From contig OY780959.1 in the NCBI GenBank assembly GCA_963675915.1, forward strand, positions 780,001-812,000: a DNA stretch of 32,000 nucleotides, given 5' to 3'. The notes beneath the pieces were generated by a model. That model did no database searches and was not told the DNA's origin. It saw only the letters and a program-made list of their open reading frames with translations. A program made the position numbers and the translations under genes. This DNA comes from Coprobacillaceae bacterium (lineage in GTDB: Bacteria > Bacillota_I > Bacilli_A > Erysipelotrichales > Coprobacillaceae). Position 1 is the stretch's first letter. Every line of letters starts with the position of its first letter. This document shows positions 8,366 to 16,386 of this stretch, piece after piece.

Positions 8366-8923
8366 TTAAGCACGTCCTTGGTATTTTCCATCAACTGTTG
8401 AAACAACCACGATTTCACCCTCTGATATGAATAATGGAACTTTGATTTGGTATCCTGTTTCAATAATTGCATTTTTAGTTGCACCAGTTGCAGTGTCACC
8501 TTTGACTGCTGGTTCTGTTTCGATGATTTTGAAAGGTACATTGATTGGCAATGATACACCTAATACTTCACCTTCAAATGAAGTTACTTCAACTTCATCA
8601 GTTTCTTTCAGGAAGTTGATTTCCCATTCCAGGTTTTCAGCAGGAATTTCGATTTGTTCGTAAGTACTCAAATCCATGAATACCAGGTTGTCACCATCTC
8701 TGTAAAGATATTGTTTTTTATCTTTGTCGATGTGAGCACGAGCAACTTTTTCACTGTTTCCGAAAGTAACTTCGGTAGTTGATCCGGTTCTCATGTTTTT
8801 CATTTTAACCCGAATATTTGCAGCTGCACGAGCTGTCTTATTATGTGAGTAGTCTAATACTACATACAGGTTACCATCATATAAGAAAGTAATCCCTGGT
8901 CTTAAATCTCCAACATTAATCAT
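8366..8923 (-). CDS. efp: Translation elongation factor P
   Basis: 185 aa, colinear with Bacillus EF-P as I recall that sequence (MINVGDLRPG...MRTGS...ETEPAVKGDTATGATK...VPLFISEGE). The loop tip is KTAR32AAA rather than KPGKG. Confidence 0.95.
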   Translation of the reverse strand: MINVGDLRPGITFLYDGNLYVVLDYSHNKTARAAANIRVKMKNMRTGSTTEVTFGNSEKVARAHIDKDKKQYLYRDGDNLVFMDLSTYEQIEIPAENLEWEINFLKETDEVEVTSFEGEVLGVSLPINVPFKIIETEPAVKGDTATGATKNAIIETGYQIKVPLFISEGEIVVVSTVDGKYQGRA

Positions 8924-8953
8924 ATATAATTCTCCTTTACAACGTTCCGTACT

Positions 8954-8983
8954 ATTATATCAAAAATGACTTGTAATTGTAAA
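8954..8983 (-). promoter_or_regulatory. Sigma-A-type promoter of efp
   Basis: The minus strand reads TTTACA-18 nt-TATAAT with TGA immediately upstream of the -10. It lies about 30 nt upstream of the efp ATG and abuts the comGG stop. Confidence 0.6.
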
Positions 8984-8987
8984 CATA

Positions 8988-9362
8988 TTATTCCAATATT
9001 TCATATAATTCAACGGTGTTGGCCACTTTGTCTAGGATTATCCGAACTGAATAAGAACTTGCGGCGTTGTCAATATCCACCATAATCTCAATCAAATCCG
9101 ATTCCGGCGATGATAAGGTGGTGTAACTGTAACTGTATTCCTGATACTCAATTGTGCCGTTTTGAAGTTCCCCAAGACTGATTTCATTTTTAAGACTGGC
9201 CACCAGATAATTCATCCCCACCCTGGCATCGGCTATTTTTTCATTGGTCGTTACCGCCCGACCCATTATCTCAATGTCATTTACAACAAATGAAATTGCT
9301 GTTATTGTCATCATGAAAAAGATCAAAACGACAATCAGGACATTGCCATTGTCATCTTTCAT
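8988..9362 (-). CDS. comGG: ComGG-like minor pseudopilin (last gene of the comG operon)
   Basis: It has an N-terminal hydrophobic helix after NG|NVLIVVLIFFMM, and the size and position match comGG. The start is set to the ATG at 9362, preceded by GGGAG. The ORF-track start at 9377 is a TTG. Confidence 0.5.
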   Translation of the reverse strand: MKDDNGNVLIVVLIFFMMTITAISFVVNDIEIMGRAVTTNEKIADARVGMNYLVASLKNEISLGELQNGTIEYQEYSYSYTTLSSPESDLIEIMVDIDNAASSYSVRIILDKVANTVELYEILE

Positions 9363-9768
9363 AATCGCTCCCGACAAGATAGATGTTATTTTGGCCTTGA
9401 GTTTTAAGCTGTAAATAAATCAAAGAGTCAGATACGTAGAACCGAATATCTTCAATATTGCTACAATAAACCACATATCCCGGGGTTCGAATCAATCGGT
9501 CGCCATCAAGTCTAATCTGGTTTTCCTGTCCGGTATGATCTTGATAAATCAACCTGGCACCATACTGAATCTTTCTGGCGGTAACCAGGTCATTTCCAAG
9601 CTGGATCAGACCGGCTTCAAGGTTGGAGCCGACTGAAAAGTCATGGTTTATCAAAGTCAAAGAACCAAAAACCGGAAGCAACGAGACAATCATCAGGGTG
9701 ATTGAAAATGACAATAACAGCTCCACCATGGTAAATCCGTCAGACAAGTTTAATAATCGCAGTTTCAT
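9352..9768 (-). CDS. comGF: ComGF-like minor pseudopilin
   Basis: Prepilin-type N-terminus LSDG|FTMVELLLSFSITLMIV with Glu at +5. The start is the ATG at 9768. Confidence 0.65.
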   Translation of the reverse strand: MKLRLLNLSDGFTMVELLLSFSITLMIVSLLPVFGSLTLINHDFSVGSNLEAGLIQLGNDLVTARKIQYGARLIYQDHTGQENQIRLDGDRLIRTPGYVVYCSNIEDIRFYVSDSLIYLQLKTQGQNNIYLVGSDYER

Positions 9769-9916
9769 CAACAGGCACCTTCTGTAATTTTTCTTTGATT
9801 TCCACCGCTTTGTGAATAGTTTGACTGTAAGCTCCCATCAGTGGGATCAAGACCCCCACCATGATCAAAAAGGCCAGCAAACTTGCAATCAGGGAATTTC
9901 CCGCCTTATTTGACAT
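9740..9916 (-). CDS. comGE: ComGE-like small pseudopilin
   Basis: About 58 aa with KAG|NSLIASLLAFLIMVGVL and no Glu5, as in ComGE. The start is ambiguous between the ATG at 9916 and the TTG at 9934. It overlaps the comGD 3' end. Confidence 0.5.
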   Translation of the reverse strand: MSNKAGNSLIASLLAFLIMVGVLIPLMGAYSQTIHKAVEIKEKLQKVPVDETAIIKLV

Positions 9917-10310
9917 AACAATGACCGGTGCCAAGGTTGATTACGATCTTTTGGGTTGTCGTCCCCTTGACCAAGTTGATTGAATTGGCCTGGCTGATGT
10001 TTCCTGATTTATTGAAGTACAGCTGGAGACTCTTGTCAAAATGGCTGTTTGAAAGCTGGTATTCAATTTCGAGATTATCATGGTCAGTAACGGTTAGAGC
10101 GTCATAATCAAAATCCAGATAGGTTTTTTCATGGTTGATCAATGAATTGCTTTTGGCATAGTCGATATAGGCCAATACCTGGTGGGCCTGCTTTTTGACG
10201 TCACGACTCAACGGTCGAGTTAACAAAGGCAAGGATACCACACTCAGGATCAGGGTGATTGCAAGACAAAAAATCATCTCAACCATGGTGAAACCTTCTT
10301 TAGCGGGCAT
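9906..10310 (-). CDS. comGD: ComGD-like minor pseudopilin
   Basis: Prepilin N-terminus MPAKEG|FTMVEMIFCLAITLIL. It overlaps the comGC stop by 11 nt. Confidence 0.7.
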   Translation of the reverse strand: MPAKEGFTMVEMIFCLAITLILSVVSLPLLTRPLSRDVKKQAHQVLAYIDYAKSNSLINHEKTYLDFDYDALTVTDHDNLEIEYQLSNSHFDKSLQLYFNKSGNISQANSINLVKGTTTQKIVINLGTGHCYVK

Positions 10311-10602
10311 AGGCTTGGCCGTTTTGAATGTAAATTTCCTTGCCGTTGGGACAAACGGTCTGTTTTTCAGTCAGATACGGCGGATTGGTGGCAGTCAGTT
10401 CGTCAATCGACGTTGGCAGGTGGCCCGTTTCAATCTCATAGAGCAAAATCTGGGAATTTACCACTTCCAACAAAGCTTCGGTGCCTTTGTCCTTGACCGT
10501 ATTGTTTTTGCTGGTGACATTGGGGATGACTAAAAGCAGCAAAATCAGGACCACCGAAAGGCAGAAAATCATCTCAATCAAAGTAAATCCTTTTTGGTTC
10601 AT
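10300..10602 (-). CDS. comGC: ComGC major competence pseudopilin
   Basis: 100 aa with MNQKG|FTLIEMIFCLSVVLILLLLVIPN, a class III signal sequence with Glu at +5. A strong SD (GGAGGAATT) precedes the ATG. Confidence 0.85.
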   Translation of the reverse strand: MNQKGFTLIEMIFCLSVVLILLLLVIPNVTSKNNTVKDKGTEALLEVVNSQILLYEIETGHLPTSIDELTATNPPYLTEKQTVCPNGKEIYIQNGQAYAR

Positions 10603-10611
10603 AATTCCTCC

Positions 10612-11610
10612 TTATATTATTTTGATGACGTCCATCATCGGAATGACCACAGCCAGATAGATGCTGATAATAAAGAAGCCCACAAATCCGAAAGTCAGCG
10701 GCTGGATTATCCTGATAAACAAATTAATCCGGTTGTCAATCAGCTGTTTTTGGGATTCGATATACAGATTAAGGTTCTTGTCATTTTGGTTGTTCTGGAT
10801 CATCAAATAGAAATAACTTTTCAAATAATCATTGAAGTAATCGAAGTTGGTTACAACATCCTCGACCGCATTCCCCTTCTCGATTTCCACCTTCAGTTCA
10901 TGTACCAGCATTTTAATATCGTTGTCACTGATCTGGTCATATAGAATGGTGATGATGTTGGTGGTGTCATAACCGGCTTTCAACAATTCGTTATAATAGA
11001 TTGCGAATTTCAAAGAATAATAGCTTTTGATAGCTGATCCGATCAGCTTGACTTTGCACAGGATATCAATTATTACAAAAGAGTTGGTCTTAATACTAGA
11101 CCAGATCACTACCGCCAAGATAATCACTGCCATGGTCAAAATGACCATCAGATACGGAAACCAGTTTAAAAAGCCAAAGACCAGCCGCGAAAAACCGGTG
11201 CTCGTAATTGAAAAGGATGTGAACAGACTGTTGATCTGGGGAATCAGGCTGATGATCAGAAATATCGAAAAGGCCACCAAAAAAAGCAGCAACAAAAGCG
11301 GATAGGCACTTTTTTTGATAATCATCATCCGGGTATTGTGGTGTTCGCGAGCCAGTTTAACTGCCGTTGTTATCGCCTGAGCAAGGTTGATTCCTTTGTT
11401 GAAAAAGTAAAAATATTCCAGAAAAACCGGAGGCAGCCGGACTTGACTGATTACTTCGCTTAGTGGCGTTCCTTGTGCGACGCCAACAGCCATCTTTTTT
11501 GTGACCGGAGTTTTATATACTTTGAGAATGATTTCAAACACATCATCGACGGGATAGCCCTGGTCAAGATAAAGAGCAATGGTTTCAAGGGCTTCAAGAT
11601 CAGAGTTCAT
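10612..11610 (-). CDS. comGB: ComGB, type II secretion/type IV pilus platform protein (GspF family)
   Basis: About 332 aa polytopic membrane protein with a duplicated GspF-like architecture. The ATG at 11610 overlaps the comGA stop. Confidence 0.85.
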   Translation of the reverse strand: MNSDLEALETIALYLDQGYPVDDVFEIILKVYKTPVTKKMAVGVAQGTPLSEVISQVRLPPVFLEYFYFFNKGINLAQAITTAVKLAREHHNTRMMIIKKSAYPLLLLLFLVAFSIFLIISLIPQINSLFTSFSITSTGFSRLVFGFLNWFPYLMVILTMAVIILAVVIWSSIKTNSFVIIDILCKVKLIGSAIKSYYSLKFAIYYNELLKAGYDTTNIITILYDQISDNDIKMLVHELKVEIEKGNAVEDVVTNFDYFNDYLKSYFYLMIQNNQNDKNLNLYIESQKQLIDNRINLFIRIIQPLTFGFVGFFIISIYLAVVIPMMDVIKII

Positions 11611-12586
11611 CAAGCAGCTCTTCTTTTTGCCTCTGGCTCAAAGCCCCGGTTTTTACGAGTTTGGCGATATTCTTCTGAAAACTGTATGTTTGATATTCCT
11701 GGCGGCTCAGGTACTTGACGATATTGGTCCGATCAATGTATTCGCTGATTAAAACAAGTTGATCGGCATCGTTGAAGACAATCTTCAAACAGACCACCCC
11801 TTGAAGCGTTTCTTTAAGGTCGAAAGCGGTGACTCCCAGATTCAAAAGTCGGACAATTCCCTGGGTACATCTGGAAGCGTGGATTGTGGTACAAACCAGA
11901 TGGCCGGTCAAAGTAGCCTGCACAACCGCATTGGCAGTTGCTCCATCCCTGATTTCACCAATCATGATCACGTCAGGATCATGGCGGAGAATCTGGGCCA
12001 ATGTGTTGCCATAATTAATTTCCAAAGCCGGATTAAGTTGAATTTGAAGACAGTAGTTTTTGGCTATCTCAATGGGATCTTCAATTGATATGATATTCTT
12101 GTCGTAGTTTTGATTGATATAATCAAGAATCGAATATAAAGCGGTTGTCTTGCCCGATCCGGTTGTTCCACATAATACAACCAGCCCCTGATTTTTTTTA
12201 GCTAAAGAAATGAAGTACTCATTAATTGTCTCATCAAGGCTCAATTGATCGATTCTTACGGTCTGATGGTTGTCAAGAATCCTAATCACCAGGGAATCTT
12301 TCTGCCTTGAGGGCATCGAAGACACCCGAAAACTGTAATTTATTCCCTCAAGTGACAGATTGAAACTGCCAGTCTGGGGTTTCAGTTTGAAATTGGTATC
12401 AATCTTGGCGATGTAACGGATATAATTAATCAGTTTTTCACCTTTAACTTTACCAAGGCTCCGATAGGGCGTCATCTTCCCTGCTATCCTGAGATTGATC
12501 TTGCAGTTCTGGCTGCAGACAAGATGGATGTCGCTGCAGGACATGCTAAGGGCATAAAGAATCAGATTGTTTAGGGTCGTTTCCAC
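11600..12586 (-). CDS. comGA: ComGA, competence pseudopilus assembly ATPase (GspE/PilB family, short form)
   Basis: 328 aa with Walker A GTTGSGKTT, an Asp box IEDPIE, Walker B VIMIGEIRD and a His box TGHLVCTTIHA. It starts at a GTG after CAGGAGGTGATCGC. Confidence 0.9.
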   Translation of the reverse strand: METTLNNLILYALSMSCSDIHLVCSQNCKINLRIAGKMTPYRSLGKVKGEKLINYIRYIAKIDTNFKLKPQTGSFNLSLEGINYSFRVSSMPSRQKDSLVIRILDNHQTVRIDQLSLDETINEYFISLAKKNQGLVVLCGTTGSGKTTALYSILDYINQNYDKNIISIEDPIEIAKNYCLQIQLNPALEINYGNTLAQILRHDPDVIMIGEIRDGATANAVVQATLTGHLVCTTIHASRCTQGIVRLLNLGVTAFDLKETLQGVVCLKIVFNDADQLVLISEYIDRTNIVKYLSRQEYQTYSFQKNIAKLVKTGALSQRQKEELLDEL

Positions 12587-12652
12587 GCGATCACCTCCTG
12601 TTATATATATTCTCGCAAAACAAGACGATTACTTCATAACATTCAAAATGTG

Positions 12653-12682
12653 AAAAACCGTCAATTTAATTTTGACGGTTTT
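12653..12682 (-). terminator. Rho-independent terminator after pmbA (symmetric A/T flanks)
   Basis: AAAACCGTCAA-7 nt-TTGACGGTTTT forms an 11-bp stem with T-rich flanks on both strands. Confidence 0.8.
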
Positions 12683-12699
12683 GGTTATGGTTTATTTTA

Positions 12700-14034
12700 T
12701 TATTCTCCGGAAATTGATACTTCTTTGAACAAGATTGAAGGTGCACCAAGACCACTATATGAAAAATAGAGGTCGCTGGCGATTTCGTCAATTTGCTCAT
12801 CAAGTAAGGTGAACAGATTTCCAGCAATCAAAATCAGGTTGATTGGAGTGGTTTTCGCTCCATTTTCGACTTGATATCCGGAACATTGAAGAGAAAAATC
12901 TCCAGTCAGTCCGTTCATCCCGGCATGCAACCCGGCAATTTTAGTTATCAGCAAGCCGTTATCCAGCAAATTAAGCAATTCATCTTGGCTTTTGTCCAAC
13001 GGTTGAATATAGAAGTTGGTCGGATGGACATCCACCGCTTCGCGGTATCCCGGTTTGAATCCGTTTCCGGTTGATTCAACTCCGGCTTTTTTGGCAGTCT
13101 TGAGGTTATGCAGGAATGACTTGATCACTCCGTTTTCAACTACAGTCTTTCTCAAACAAGCTGTCCCTTCGTCATCAAAGCTTGAAGAGTTGACCTGATT
13201 TTCTTTTAGCGGGTCATCGATAATCGTCAGTTTGGAGCTGAAAGTTTTTTGACCAAGCTTATCTTTAAGTTTGCTCAATCCCTTATTGACACGATCACCG
13301 CTGAAACTTGAAGAAAGGGCCCCGAGCAGGGAAACCATCGCTTCGTTTTGGATTATCAGATCATACTTTTGGGATTTTACCTTCTTGGCCTTCAACATTC
13401 CGGTCGCCTCACTGACAACCTTGTGAGCCAGCTTGTCCAAATCGAATTCTTCAACTGCAAATTTGATTTGGTAATCGAATCCGGTTTTGACATCCCCTTC
13501 TTCTTCGACCATGATTGAAGTCGTCATTACCGCATAGTTGGATTTTTGGGCCAAGTCAAGCCCATAACTGTTGATCAGTTTGACCTCTTTTTTGGCCATT
13601 GAGAAGTTGGTCGACATCACCTGTTTGATCCGCGGATCCTGCTTCAGGACTTTGCCTTCAAGTTTTAAAAGCAGATCGATGATTTCCGGAGTTTTGATTG
13701 TTTCAAGGTCCGGATAGTACATCTCCACGTCTTGATATTCACCGGCTTTTTCATTGAAAAGTACCTCATCATCACTATCAATGATTTTGGCACTGGTGAT
13801 TATTTGGTAAAGCAGATCGTCGATTTGGGAATTGTCGAATTTCTCCGTAAAGGTGTTCCCCTGTTTTCCGTTGTAGATGCCCCTAATCGAAAGACCGGTA
13901 ACTTCACTGAGGTTGTAGTCATCAACCTTTGATTGATATATTCCCACATCAAGCGATTTGCGGGTTGACTCGTATAGTTCCAAAGAAGTTATTTTCATTT
14001 CTTCGGCTTTTTTCAGCAATAGTTCATAGTTCAT
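12700..14034 (-). CDS. pmbA: PmbA/TldE-family protein (non-catalytic partner of TldD)
   Basis: PmbA_TldD fold (GLHAGMNGLTGDFSLQCSGYQVENG...) with no HExxxH motif. The start is set to the ATG at 14034 (MNYELLLKKAEEM), overlapping the tldD TGA by 1 nt. The 32-codon ORF-track extension lies inside tldD. Confidence 0.85.
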   Translation of the reverse strand: MNYELLLKKAEEMKITSLELYESTRKSLDVGIYQSKVDDYNLSEVTGLSIRGIYNGKQGNTFTEKFDNSQIDDLLYQIITSAKIIDSDDEVLFNEKAGEYQDVEMYYPDLETIKTPEIIDLLLKLEGKVLKQDPRIKQVMSTNFSMAKKEVKLINSYGLDLAQKSNYAVMTTSIMVEEEGDVKTGFDYQIKFAVEEFDLDKLAHKVVSEATGMLKAKKVKSQKYDLIIQNEAMVSLLGALSSSFSGDRVNKGLSKLKDKLGQKTFSSKLTIIDDPLKENQVNSSSFDDEGTACLRKTVVENGVIKSFLHNLKTAKKAGVESTGNGFKPGYREAVDVHPTNFYIQPLDKSQDELLNLLDNGLLITKIAGLHAGMNGLTGDFSLQCSGYQVENGAKTTPINLILIAGNLFTLLDEQIDEIASDLYFSYSGLGAPSILFKEVSISGE

Positions 14035-15425
14035 CAGATTTGTCCTCCTCTTCCACCGACTGACATTTGGGTTACCCTGATAGTCGGTTGTCCGACATCG
14101 ACTGGAAGCGATCCGCTGACAGATCCGCACATTCCCTGAGCCCGGGAAAGATTGTCACCCACCATGTCGATTTTCATCAGAACCTCGGCTCCATTTCCGA
14201 CCAATGATGCACCCCGAACCGGTTTTGTGATTTTACCATCTTCAATTAAATAACCTTCCTGAACAGCGAAGTTGAAATCACCGGTAGCCGGATTAACCGA
14301 TCCCCCGCCAAGACTGGCAGCGAAAAGTCCGAACTTGGTATTGGTGATGATTTCATCAAACGTGCTGTCGCCATTACAGATGAAAGTATTGTTCATCCGT
14401 GAAGTCGGCTGATACGAATATGATTGTCTTCTTCCGCTTCCAGTTGAGATGGCCCCCATTCTCCGGCCATTAAGCTGGTCGACCAGATAGCCTTTGAGAA
14501 TTCCGTTTTCAATCAGCACATTGCGTCCGGTGAAATTCCCTTCATCATCGATATTTGAAGAACCCCAGGCGTTGGCAATGGTCCCATCGTCGATGGCGCT
14601 GACCGCATCGCTGGCAATCTTCTGCCCGATTTTGTTGGCAAAAACCGATTGGTTGCGGGCTACCGCTGTTGCTTCAAGAGGATGACCGCAGGCTTCATGG
14701 AAAATCACACCGCCAAAACCGTTGTTGATGACAACATCCATCACGCCGCTAGGACATTCCTGGGCATTGAACATGGTGATGGCTTTTTTCGCCACTTCGG
14801 CTCCGATTTTTTCCAAATCGATTTCATCATAGAATTCCAATCCTTTGGCTGCTCCGGGTGCCATATGGAAATCCTGAATCTGACCATCTTTTTCCACGAT
14901 TGCCGTGATTGAGATCCGAGTCCGCACCCGACGGTCTTTGATGTATTTTCCCTCACTGTTGGCAATCAAAACATCCTGGTGACTGTCAAGATAGGTCACA
15001 TTTACTTTGGAAATCATCTCATCGTAGTTTTTAGCACTAAGATATGCCTTTTCGATAATACCTTTTTTAAAATCGACACTGTAGTCGTCGGGCATTTTCA
15101 AGATCCGATGGCGATTTTTATAATGAATTTTCTTAAGAGGAACCGCCTGGGTTGTCGGCTCACCGGTGAAGTTGGCCGCCAGATCCCGGGTTGTTTTTAA
15201 AAGATGATTAATGTCATTGTTGTTGGTATTGGCATAAACACTCATCTTGTCATGATAAATCCGGATCCCAATTCCATAGCTGGTACCGCTGTTGGCTTTT
15301 TCAATTTTACCGTCAATCTGGTTGATTGCCGTGGTAAATTTGTCTTCTTCAAATATTTCAACAAAATCTGCTCCAGTTGCCAGTCCTGCAGCGATTATTT
15401 TTTTACACGCCTCAATATTAAGCAT
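14034..15425 (-). CDS. tldD: TldD-family zinc metalloprotease
   Basis: 463 aa with the HExxxH motif in GGVIFHEACGHPLE and the C-terminal GDFNFAVQEGYLIEDGK motif. An SD (GGAGG) lies 8 nt upstream of the ATG. Confidence 0.9.
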   Translation of the reverse strand: MLNIEACKKIIAAGLATGADFVEIFEEDKFTTAINQIDGKIEKANSGTSYGIGIRIYHDKMSVYANTNNNDINHLLKTTRDLAANFTGEPTTQAVPLKKIHYKNRHRILKMPDDYSVDFKKGIIEKAYLSAKNYDEMISKVNVTYLDSHQDVLIANSEGKYIKDRRVRTRISITAIVEKDGQIQDFHMAPGAAKGLEFYDEIDLEKIGAEVAKKAITMFNAQECPSGVMDVVINNGFGGVIFHEACGHPLEATAVARNQSVFANKIGQKIASDAVSAIDDGTIANAWGSSNIDDEGNFTGRNVLIENGILKGYLVDQLNGRRMGAISTGSGRRQSYSYQPTSRMNNTFICNGDSTFDEIITNTKFGLFAASLGGGSVNPATGDFNFAVQEGYLIEDGKITKPVRGASLVGNGAEVLMKIDMVGDNLSRAQGMCGSVSGSLPVDVGQPTIRVTQMSVGGRGGQI

Positions 15426-15592
15426 TTTGAAACCTCCATTTCAGTATCTTTTCTCTCTTTTACTATCATATTTCACAACTTAACACAAAATGAATTTAAT
15501 TGATAATGAAAAGTATCATCGCTTCAAAATCATGGTTAAAAAACAGCTGAATTCATTTATGTTCCTTTAATTTTACAACTATTTTTTCCTGA

Positions 15593-15622
15593 ATTCTAGA
15601 AAAAATTTTAATGGTGATTCAA
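15593..15622 (-). promoter_or_regulatory. Candidate sigma-A promoter upstream of tldD (implies a ~160 nt leader)
   Basis: The minus strand reads TTGAAT-18 nt-TAGAAT. I found no better -35/-10 pair closer to tldD. Confidence 0.4.
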
Positions 15623-15651
15623 TTATTTTTATAAGTCTTATTAAAACTTTT

Positions 15652-15683
15652 TATCAAAAAAAACAGCCAATTTAAAATTGGCT
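15652..15683 (-). terminator. Rho-independent terminator of the GRE/fsa operon
   Basis: The minus strand reads AGCCAATTT-TAA-AATTGGCT followed by GTTTTTTTT, about 10 nt after the fsa stop. Confidence 0.8.
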
Positions 15684-15692
15684 ATATTAATC

Positions 15693-16373
15693 TTAGATAT
15701 TTTGAATTGTCTTATCCACTCCATACATATCATGCCAGTCGGAATTGAAATCCTTGACTGCCTTATCAATGTTCGGATTGGCAAATATCGCCTTTAAAAT
15801 GGCAAAGGGGGCAGTAATTGCCTGGGCGTTGGAATTGAATGAATCCCTTACTTGACGAACACCCTTGAAACTGGCTGCCAGAATTTTACAGTCATAATTG
15901 TCGTCTTCGATTCTTTTGGCCAATTCAAAGATCAACTCTTGGGGATCACCACCGAGATTTCCAATCCGATTTACATATGGTGCGATGTAATCGGCATCAG
16001 CCTCAAGGGCCATATATGCCTGCATCAAATCGTACACTGCAGTAGCGGTCACGTTGATTCCTTCGGTTTTGAGTTGCTTGATGGCTTTGACCCCTTCGTA
16101 TGAAACAGGGACTTTAATGTAGACCTGGGCGTCGATTTCGTCGATGATGCGGTGGGCTTCAGCGACTATGCCGTCACATTCAGTGGCGATTACTTGAACG
16201 TGCAAACTCCTTTCATTACCGATGATTTTGCGGATTTCTCGCATGTGGTCGAAAAAATTTTCCGGATTGGTCTTTTTAACAATCGAAGGGTTACTGGTAA
16301 CTCCGGAAATCGGCAGATATTCGACTGCCTCCTTGATTTCTTGCAAATCAACTGTGTCAATAATAAATTCCAT
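15693..16373 (-). CDS. Fructose-6-phosphate aldolase-type class I aldolase (Fsa/TalC subfamily of the transaldolase fold)
   Basis: 226 aa, colinear with E. coli FsaA as I recall it: GVTSNPSI, LHVQVIA (Gln), the Schiff-base Lys in YIKVPV, and LAASFK. It has YIAPYVNRIG (Tyr/Asn, as in Fsa) rather than the SPFVGR of small transaldolases. Confidence 0.85.
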   Translation of the reverse strand: MEFIIDTVDLQEIKEAVEYLPISGVTSNPSIVKKTNPENFFDHMREIRKIIGNERSLHVQVIATECDGIVAEAHRIIDEIDAQVYIKVPVSYEGVKAIKQLKTEGINVTATAVYDLMQAYMALEADADYIAPYVNRIGNLGGDPQELIFELAKRIEDDNYDCKILAASFKGVRQVRDSFNSNAQAITAPFAILKAIFANPNIDKAVKDFNSDWHDMYGVDKTIQNI

Positions 16374-16386
16374 GATGGTTCTCCTT

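Noticed and set aside
12596-12620. CGAGAATA just upstream of the comGA SD, as a possible streptococcal-type ComX box (TACGAATA) or SigH -10.
   Set aside because: It matches the consensus only with an inserted base. It has no T-tract at the right spacing and no AGGA-type SigH -35. I therefore do not call it. The separate 17-bp motif shared with the ssb-like gene is reported as a low-confidence finding instead.
14035-14130. 32-codon N-terminal extension of the pmbA ORF (MRICQRIASSRCRTTDYQ...).
   Set aside because: It lies wholly within the tldD coding sequence and is rich in Arg and Cys, unlike the family. The internal ATG at 14034 gives a typical PmbA N-terminus and a TGATG coupling junction.
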